From: Escherichia coli
Lineage (GTDB): Bacteria > Pseudomonadota > Gammaproteobacteria > Enterobacterales > Enterobacteriaceae
Assembly (NCBI RefSeq): GCF_013122565.1
Contig: NZ_CP053258.1
Direction: 5' to 3' (one strand)
Length of the DNA stretch: 64,000 nucleotides
Below, piece after piece: positions 56,013 through 64,000 of the stretch (the stretch's first letter is position 1; the number at the start of each line of letters is the position of its first letter). Both the position numbers and the translations under genes were made by a program. The notes beneath the pieces were generated by a model. The model was not told the DNA's origin and ran no database searches. It saw only the letters and a program-made list of their open reading frames with translations.

Positions 56013-57377
56013 ATGAACGATTATAAAATGACACCAGGTGAGCGGCGCGCGACCTGGGGTTTAGGAACCGTTTTCTCGTTGCGCATGCTGGGCATGTTTA
56101 TGGTTCTGCCGGTTCTGACCACGTACGGCATGGCTCTGCAAGGTGCCAGCGAAGCATTAATCGGTATTGCCATTGGTATTTATGGTCTGACTCAGGCCGT
56201 TTTTCAGATTCCGTTTGGCCTGCTTTCCGACCGCATTGGTCGCAAACCATTAATTGTCGGTGGGCTGGCGGTGTTTGCCGCCGGTAGCGTTATCGCTGCG
56301 CTTTCTGACTCCATCTGGGGAATTATTCTGGGCCGGGCGCTACAAGGCTCCGGTGCGATTGCCGCTGCCGTTATGGCGCTGCTTTCCGATCTCACGCGCG
56401 AACAAAACCGCACCAAAGCGATGGCGTTTATCGGCGTGAGCTTTGGCATTACCTTCGCCATTGCGATGGTGCTTGGCCCAATCATCACTCACAAACTTGG
56501 GCTGCACGCGCTGTTCTGGATGATCGCTATTCTGGCAACGACCGGCATTGCATTGACCATTTGGGTTGTGCCCAACAGTAGCACTCACGTACTTAATCGT
56601 GAGTCCGGAATGGTGAAAGGCAGTTTCAGTAAAGTACTGGCGGAACCGCGGCTGCTGAAACTCAACTTTGGCATTATGTGTCTGCACATGCTTCTGATGT
56701 CTACGTTTGTTGCCCTGCCCGGACAGCTGGCTGATGCGGGGTTCCCGGCGGCTGAACACTGGAAGGTCTACCTGGCAACGATGCTAATCGCCTTTGGCTC
56801 GGTCGTGCCTTTCATAATCTACGCTGAAGTTAAGCGCAAAATGAAGCAAGTCTTTGTCTTCTGCGTCGGGTTGATCGTGGTTGCGGAAATTGTGTTGTGG
56901 AACGCACAAACGCAGTTCTGGCAACTGGTAGTCGGCGTGCAGCTTTTCTTTGTGGCGTTTAATTTGATGGAAGCCCTTCTGCCCTCACTTATCAGTAAAG
57001 AGTCGCCAGCAGGTTACAAAGGTACGGCGATGGGTGTTTACTCCACCAGCCAGTTTCTTGGCGTGGCGATTGGCGGTTCGCTGGGCGGCTGGATTGACGG
57101 CATGTTTGACGGTCAGGGTGTATTTCTCGCTGGCGCAATGCTGGCCGCAGTGTGGCTGGCAGTCGCCAGTACCATGAAAGAACCGCCGTATGTCAGCAGC
57201 TTACGCATTGAAATCCCTGCGGACATTGCCGCAAACGAAGCGTTAAAAGTACGTTTGCTGGAAACTGAAGGCGTCAAAGAAGTGTTGATTGCAGAAGAAG
57301 AACATTCAGCTTATGTGAAAATCGACAGCAAAGTGACGAATCGCTTTGAGGTTGAACAGGCAATTCGTCAGGCATAA
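56013..57377 (+). CDS. yajR: MFS transporter YajR
   Basis: ORF 56007-57377; ATG at 56013 gives MNDYKMTPGERRATWGLGTVFSLRMLGMFMVLPVLTTYG... (454 aa). Confidence 0.93.
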   Translation: MNDYKMTPGERRATWGLGTVFSLRMLGMFMVLPVLTTYGMALQGASEALIGIAIGIYGLTQAVFQIPFGLLSDRIGRKPLIVGGLAVFAAGSVIAALSDSIWGIILGRALQGSGAIAAAVMALLSDLTREQNRTKAMAFIGVSFGITFAIAMVLGPIITHKLGLHALFWMIAILATTGIALTIWVVPNSSTHVLNRESGMVKGSFSKVLAEPRLLKLNFGIMCLHMLLMSTFVALPGQLADAGFPAAEHWKVYLATMLIAFGSVVPFIIYAEVKRKMKQVFVFCVGLIVVAEIVLWNAQTQFWQLVVGVQLFFVAFNLMEALLPSLISKESPAGYKGTAMGVYSTSQFLGVAIGGSLGGWIDGMFDGQGVFLAGAMLAAVWLAVASTMKEPPYVSSLRIEIPADIAANEALKVRLLETEGVKEVLIAEEEHSAYVKIDSKVTNRFEVEQAIRQA

Positions 57378-57392
57378 AAAACGCGGCGAATT

Positions 57393-57490
57393 GCCTGCTG
57401 CGCTACGCTTACCAGGCCTACAAAGTTCTTGAGTTACAAACCGTTGTAGGCCGAATTAGCTGTTCATGCTGCATTCGGCATGAACAAAAC
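57393..57490. repeat. REP/BIME element between convergent yajR and yajQ
   Basis: gcctgctgcgctacgcttaccaggcctac followed by gtaggccgaatt... and palindromic tgttcatgc...gcatgaaca; typical REP sequence. Confidence 0.75.
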
Positions 57491-57504
57491 GCACATAGTC
57501 GCGA

Positions 57505-57996
57505 TTAATCGCGGAAGTTTTTGAACTGGAACGGCTGGCCGAGATCGCCACCACGTACCATCGCCATGACAGCCTGCAAATCATCACGAGATTTGCCCGT
57601 TACGCGGATTTCATCGCCCTGAATTTGCGCCTGCACTTTCAGTTTGCTGTCTTTGATCATCTTGACGATTTTTTTCTGGGTCGCGCTCTCAATGCCCTGT
57701 TTCAGTTTCGCTTCCACAAACCAGGTTTTACCGCTATGAACGATATTCTCCGGTACATCCAGTGAACTGCCTTCAATGCCGCGCTTCAGCAGCTTGGCAC
57801 GCAAAATATCCAGCAACTGATTGACCTGGAAATCGGACTCGCTCAACACTTTGATGGTTTTGCTGGCGTCGTTCAGCTCAAATGAGGCTTCAACATTACG
57901 GAAGTCAAAACGGGACTCCACTTCGCGGCTCGCGTTATCGACCGCGTTACGTGCTTCCTGAAGATCAACTTCAGAGACAATATCGAAAGATGGCAT
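57505..57996 (-). CDS. yajQ: nucleotide-binding protein YajQ (UPF0234)
   Basis: ORF 57505-58164; internal start at 57994-57996 gives [57 protein letters not shown]... (163 aa). Confidence 0.93.
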
Positions 57997-58163
57997 CTTT
58001 TCCTCTCCCTTCATTTTTGATGCGAAGCATAATACCCGCAAAGTTAAATAACCGACAGTCCCGCACCAGGACGTATCCCTTAATTGTGCATAGTCACAAC
58101 AGCATGCACAATTAAGGGATAGCCTTATTGAACACCCGGAGTGGTTGCGGGTGAGGAGGAACA

Positions 58164-59628
<1,465 letters not shown>

Positions 59629-59634
59629 TGTCGG

Positions 59635-59668
59635 ATGCGGCAAACGTCGCATCTGACCAGATGCGACG
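59635..59668. terminator. hairpin between convergent yajL and thiI
   Basis: gtcgcatct-gacc-agatgcgac perfect stem (59646-59667) with an overlapping gatgcg/cgcatc repeat; no long T-run. Confidence 0.5.
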
Positions 59669-59681
59669 TAAAAACCACAAA

Positions 59682-61130
59682 TTATGGGCGATACACCTTC
59701 ACATTGTTAAAGCCCTGCTCGCGCAGATAGAGCGCCTGCAGACGGCTCATCACCCCGCGCTCACACCACAGTAGCCAGGTTCTGTTCTGGTCGAGATCGC
59801 CAAATTTGGTGCTCAGTTTATAGAACGGCAGAGAAACCACGTCGATACCTTCAACCTTCAGTGGCTTATCTTCTTGTTCATCGATAGAACGGATATCGAG
59901 GATCACGTCGTTCGGGCCAAAGCCATTGACGGTTTCCACTTCCACAACTTCCTGCTCGGTCTGCTGGGCGATTTCGCGGATATCAACGTTATTCGCTTCC
60001 TCAACCACTTTATCGAGAATACTGAAGTCGAACTTCTCTTCTTCCGCTTCAATCTTCGATTTAACCGCTTTCACCGTCGGGCTTTTGGAGATCACGCCAC
60101 AATATTCCGGCATCGTGCGAGCAAAGTCTTCGGTGCCAATCTGGCGGGCCAGGTTGATGATGTGCTCTTTGTCGTAAGAAATCAGCGGACGCAGGATCAG
60201 CGTATCAGAGACGTTATCAATCAGGCGCAGGTTGGTCAGTGTCTGGCTGGACACCTGGCCGAGCGCTTCACCGGTGACCAGCGCCTGTACGCCGTAACGT
60301 TCTGCCACTTTAGACGCGGCACGCACCATCATACGTTTGAGGATAACGCCCATCTGACCGTCGTCAACTTTTTCCAGGATCTCACCGACCACTGGCTCAA
60401 AGTTGATGGCGACAAAACGCACGCGGTGGGAGCTGCCAAAGCGGTTCCACAGATAATGCGCCACCTGACGCACGCCAATTTCATGCGCCGCGCCGCCAAG
60501 GTTAAAGAAGCAGTAGTGCACCCGGCAGCCGCGACGCATCAACATATAGCTGGATACACCGGAGTCGAAACCACCGGAAATGAGCGACAGCACATCTTCC
60601 TGGGTGCCGATCGGGAAACCACCAATACCTTCGTAGCGGCCTTTAATCAGCAGGAGACGATCGTCTTCAACTTCCAGATGGACAGTGACATCCGGGTTAG
60701 TCAGCTTCACGCGCGCGGATTCAATATGCTGATTTAAACCGCCGCCGACGTAACGTTCCACATCAATCGAGCTAAAATCATGTTTGCCACGGCGCTTCAC
60801 GCGTACGCAGAAGGTTTTCCCTTCCAGCTGATCGCGATACTGAACCAACGCTTTCTCGAAAATATCGTGCATGTCGGTAAACGGCACGTCTTCGACTTCG
60901 AGAATATGGTGGATACCCGGAATACGGGTCAGGGCGTCGCGAATGGCCAGACGCTGGTTCTCATCTTTTGCGCGAACTTCGATGTTATCCCAGTGGCGGA
61001 CGACAGCGAGCGTCTCATCATAGTGCTTTAAAACGTTACGAATGTTCCCGGTAAGGATTTTTATAAAGCGCAAGCGCACAGATTGGCTTTTGATGGTGAT
61101 TTCCGGGAACAATTTAATGATAAACTTCAT
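59682..61130 (-). CDS. thiI: tRNA 4-thiouridine synthase / thiazole biosynthesis sulfur carrier ThiI
   Basis: 482-aa [61 protein letters not shown]... with PP-loop SGGFDS and C-terminal rhodanese domain. Confidence 0.96.
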   Translation of the reverse strand: MKFIIKLFPEITIKSQSVRLRFIKILTGNIRNVLKHYDETLAVVRHWDNIEVRAKDENQRLAIRDALTRIPGIHHILEVEDVPFTDMHDIFEKALVQYRDQLEGKTFCVRVKRRGKHDFSSIDVERYVGGGLNQHIESARVKLTNPDVTVHLEVEDDRLLLIKGRYEGIGGFPIGTQEDVLSLISGGFDSGVSSYMLMRRGCRVHYCFFNLGGAAHEIGVRQVAHYLWNRFGSSHRVRFVAINFEPVVGEILEKVDDGQMGVILKRMMVRAASKVAERYGVQALVTGEALGQVSSQTLTNLRLIDNVSDTLILRPLISYDKEHIINLARQIGTEDFARTMPEYCGVISKSPTVKAVKSKIEAEEEKFDFSILDKVVEEANNVDIREIAQQTEQEVVEVETVNGFGPNDVILDIRSIDEQEDKPLKVEGIDVVSLPFYKLSTKFGDLDQNRTWLLWCERGVMSRLQALYLREQGFNNVKVYRP

Positions 61131-61335
61131 GGCGGCAATGGTTCGTTGGCAAGCCTTAAGCGACTTGTATAGGGAAAAATACAGCAGCCCACACCTGCGG
61201 CTGCATCCAGGCGCGGAAGTATACCACTAACATCGCTTTGCTGCGCACATCACCTTACCATTGCGCGTTATTTGCTATTTGCCCTGAGTCCGTTACCATG
61301 ACGGGGCGAAAAATATTGAGAGTCAGACATTCATT

Positions 61336-61578
61336 ATGCCGAAGAAAAATGAGGCGCCCGCCAGCTTTGAAAAGGCGCTGAGCGAGCTGGAACAGATTGT
61401 AACCCGTCTGGAAAGTGGCGACCTGCCGCTGGAAGAGGCGCTGAACGAGTTCGAACGCGGCGTGCAGCTGGCACGTCAGGGGCAGGCCAAATTACAACAA
61501 GCCGAACAGCGCGTGCAAATTCTGCTGTCTGACAATGAAGACGCCTCTCTAACCCCTTTTACACCGGACAATGAGTAA
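61336..61578 (+). CDS. xseB: exodeoxyribonuclease VII small subunit
   Basis: 80-aa [67 protein letters not shown]... Confidence 0.95.
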
Positions 61579-62477
61579 TGGACTTTCCGCAGCAACTCGA
61601 AGCCTGCGTTAAGCAGGCCAACCAGGCGCTGAGCCGTTTTATCGCCCCACTGCCCTTTCAGAACACTCCCGTGGTCGAAACCATGCAGTATGGCGCATTA
61701 TTAGGTGGTAAGCGTCTGCGACCTTTCCTGGTTTATGCCACCGGTCATATGTTTGGCGTTAGCACAAACACGCTGGACGCACCCGCTGCCGCCGTAGAGT
61801 GTATCCACGCTTACTCATTAATTCATGATGATTTACCGGCGATGGATGATGACGATCTGCGTCGCGGTTTGCCGACCTGCCATGTGAAGTTTGGCGAAGC
61901 GAACGCGATTCTCGCTGGTGACGCTTTACAAACGCTGGCGTTCTCGATTCTAAGCGATGCCGATATGCCGGAAGTGTCGGACCGCGACAGAATTTCGATG
62001 ATTTCAGAACTGGCAAGCGCCAGCGGTATTGCCGGAATGTGCGGTGGTCAGGCATTAGATTTAGATGCGGAAGGCAAACACGTACCTCTGGACGCACTCG
62101 AGCGTATTCATCGTCATAAAACCGGCGCATTGATTCGCGCCGCCGTTCGCCTTGGTGCATTAAGCGCCGGAGATAAAGGACGTCGTGCTCTGCCAGTACT
62201 CGACAAGTACGCAGAGAGCATCGGCCTTGCCTTCCAGGTTCAGGATGACATCCTGGATGTGGTGGGAGATACTGCAACGTTGGGAAAACGTCAGGGTGCC
62301 GACCAGCAGCTTGGCAAAAGTACCTACCCTGCACTCCTGGGTCTTGAGCAAGCCCGGAAGAAAGCCCGGGATCTGATCGACGATGCCCGCCAGTCGCTGA
62401 AACAACTGGCTGAACAGTCACTCGATACCTCGGCACTGGAAGCGCTAGCGGACTACATCATCCAGCGTAATAAATAA
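61578..62477 (+). CDS. ispA: farnesyl diphosphate synthase (geranyltranstransferase)
   Basis: 299-aa ORF with FARM motif IHAYSLIHDDLPAMDDDDLRRG and second Asp-rich motif FQVQDDILD; start overlaps xseB stop. Confidence 0.96.
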   Translation: MDFPQQLEACVKQANQALSRFIAPLPFQNTPVVETMQYGALLGGKRLRPFLVYATGHMFGVSTNTLDAPAAAVECIHAYSLIHDDLPAMDDDDLRRGLPTCHVKFGEANAILAGDALQTLAFSILSDADMPEVSDRDRISMISELASASGIAGMCGGQALDLDAEGKHVPLDALERIHRHKTGALIRAAVRLGALSAGDKGRRALPVLDKYAESIGLAFQVQDDILDVVGDTATLGKRQGADQQLGKSTYPALLGLEQARKKARDLIDDARQSLKQLAEQSLDTSALEALADYIIQRNK

Positions 62478-62501
62478 ACAATAAGTATTAATAGGCCCCT
62501 G

Positions 62502-64000
62502 ATGAGTTTTGATATTGCCAAATACCCGACCCTGGCACTGGTCGACTCCACCCAGGAGTTACGACTGTTGCCGAAAGAGAGTTTACCGAAACTCTGCGAC
62601 GAACTGCGCCGCTATTTACTCGACAGCGTGAGCCGTTCCAGCGGGCACTTCGCCTCCGGGCTGGGCACGGTCGAACTGACCGTGGCGCTGCACTATGTCT
62701 ACAACACCCCGTTTGACCAATTGATTTGGGATGTGGGGCATCAGGCTTATCCGCATAAAATTTTGACCGGACGCCGCGACAAAATCGGCACCATCCGTCA
62801 GAAAGGCGGTCTGCACCCGTTCCCGTGGCGCGGCGAAAGCGAATATGACGTATTAAGCGTCGGGCATTCATCAACCTCCATCAGTGCCGGAATTGGTATT
62901 GCGGTTGCTGCCGAGAAAGAAGGCAAAAATCGCCGTACCGTCTGTGTCATTGGCGACGGCGCGATTACCGCTGGCATGGCGTTTGAAGCGATGAATCACG
63001 CGGGCGATATCCGTCCTGATATGCTGGTGGTTCTCAACGACAATGAAATGTCGATTTCCGAAAATGTTGGCGCGCTCAATAACCATCTGGCACAGCTGCT
63101 TTCCGGTAAGCTTTACTCTTCACTGCGCGAAGGCGGGAAAAAAGTTTTCTCTGGCGTTCCGCCAATTAAAGAGCTGCTCAAACGTACCGAAGAACATATT
63201 AAAGGCATGGTAGTGCCTGGCACGTTGTTTGAAGAGCTGGGCTTTAACTACATCGGCCCGGTTGACGGTCACGATGTGCTGGGGCTTATCACCACGCTTA
63301 AGAACATGCGCGACCTGAAAGGCCCGCAGTTCCTGCATATCATGACCAAAAAAGGTCGTGGTTATGAACCGGCAGAAAAAGACCCAATCACTTTCCACGC
63401 CGTGCCTAAATTTGATCCCTCCAGCGGTTGTTTGCCGAAAAGTAGCGGCGGTTTGCCGAGCTATTCAAAAATCTTTGGCGACTGGTTGTGCGAAACGGCA
63501 GCGAAAGACAACAAGCTGATGGCGATTACTCCGGCGATGCGTGAAGGTTCCGGCATGGTCGAGTTTTCACGTAAATTCCCGGATCGTTACTTCGACGTGG
63601 CAATCGCCGAGCAACACGCGGTGACCTTTGCCGCCGGTCTGGCGATTGGTGGGTACAAACCCATTGTCGCGATTTACTCCACTTTCCTGCAACGCGCCTA
63701 TGATCAGGTGCTGCATGACGTGGCGATTCAAAAACTCCCGGTCCTGTTCGCCATCGACCGCGCGGGCATTGTTGGTGCTGACGGTCAAACCCATCAGGGT
63801 GCTTTTGATCTCTCTTACCTGCGCTGCATACCGGAAATGGTCATTATGACCCCGAGCGATGAAAACGAATGTCGCCAGATGCTCTATACCGGCTATCACT
63901 ATAACGATGGCCCGTCCGCGGTGCGCTACCCGCGCGGCAACGCGGTTGGCGTGGAACTGACGCCGCTGGAAAAACTACCAATTGGCAAAGGCATTGTGAA
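62502..64000 (+). CDS. dxs: 1-deoxy-D-xylulose-5-phosphate synthase, N-terminal ~500 codons (continues beyond window end)
   Basis: Manual translation from ATG 62502: [94 protein letters not shown]... with TPP motif [18 protein letters not shown]; frame open to window end; absent from ORF track because it runs off the edge. Confidence 0.93.

Overview
This window is a near-collinear stretch of Escherichia coli core chromosome, corresponding to the dxs-to-gsk region of K-12 (roughly minutes 9.5-11) read in reverse-complement orientation. Assignments come from reading the supplied translations and the raw sequence; no database search was run, and gene order and protein lengths are compared to K-12 from memory. 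Recognised genes, in window order: gsk (partial), aes, hemH, adk, htpG, recR, ybaB, dnaX, apt, ybaN, priC, ybaM, mscK, acrR, acrA, acrB, tomB, hha, maa, ylaC, pdeB, ybaA, ffs (4.5S RNA), atl, ybaY, tesB, amtB, glnK, mdlB, mdlA, decR, cof, ybaE, queC, fadM, ybaV, ppiD, hupB, lon, clpX, clpP, tig, bolA, yajG, ampG, cyoABCDE, yajR, yajQ, panE, yajL, thiI, xseB, ispA and dxs (partial). The one clear departure from K-12 is a ~2.3 kb AT-rich segment between cyoE and yajR (about 53.64-55.9 kb). It carries a two-gene type II toxin-antitoxin-like operon (DUF1778-type antitoxin plus GNAT acetyltransferase toxin) behind a promoter bracketed by two ATACGG-N7-CCGTAT palindromes, and a convergent gene for a signal-peptide-bearing Sel1-repeat protein whose C-terminal ~170 residues I cannot assign to any family. 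No integrase, transposase, tRNA or CRISPR array was seen. Many long antisense ORFs in the six-frame track are rejected as shadows of real genes.
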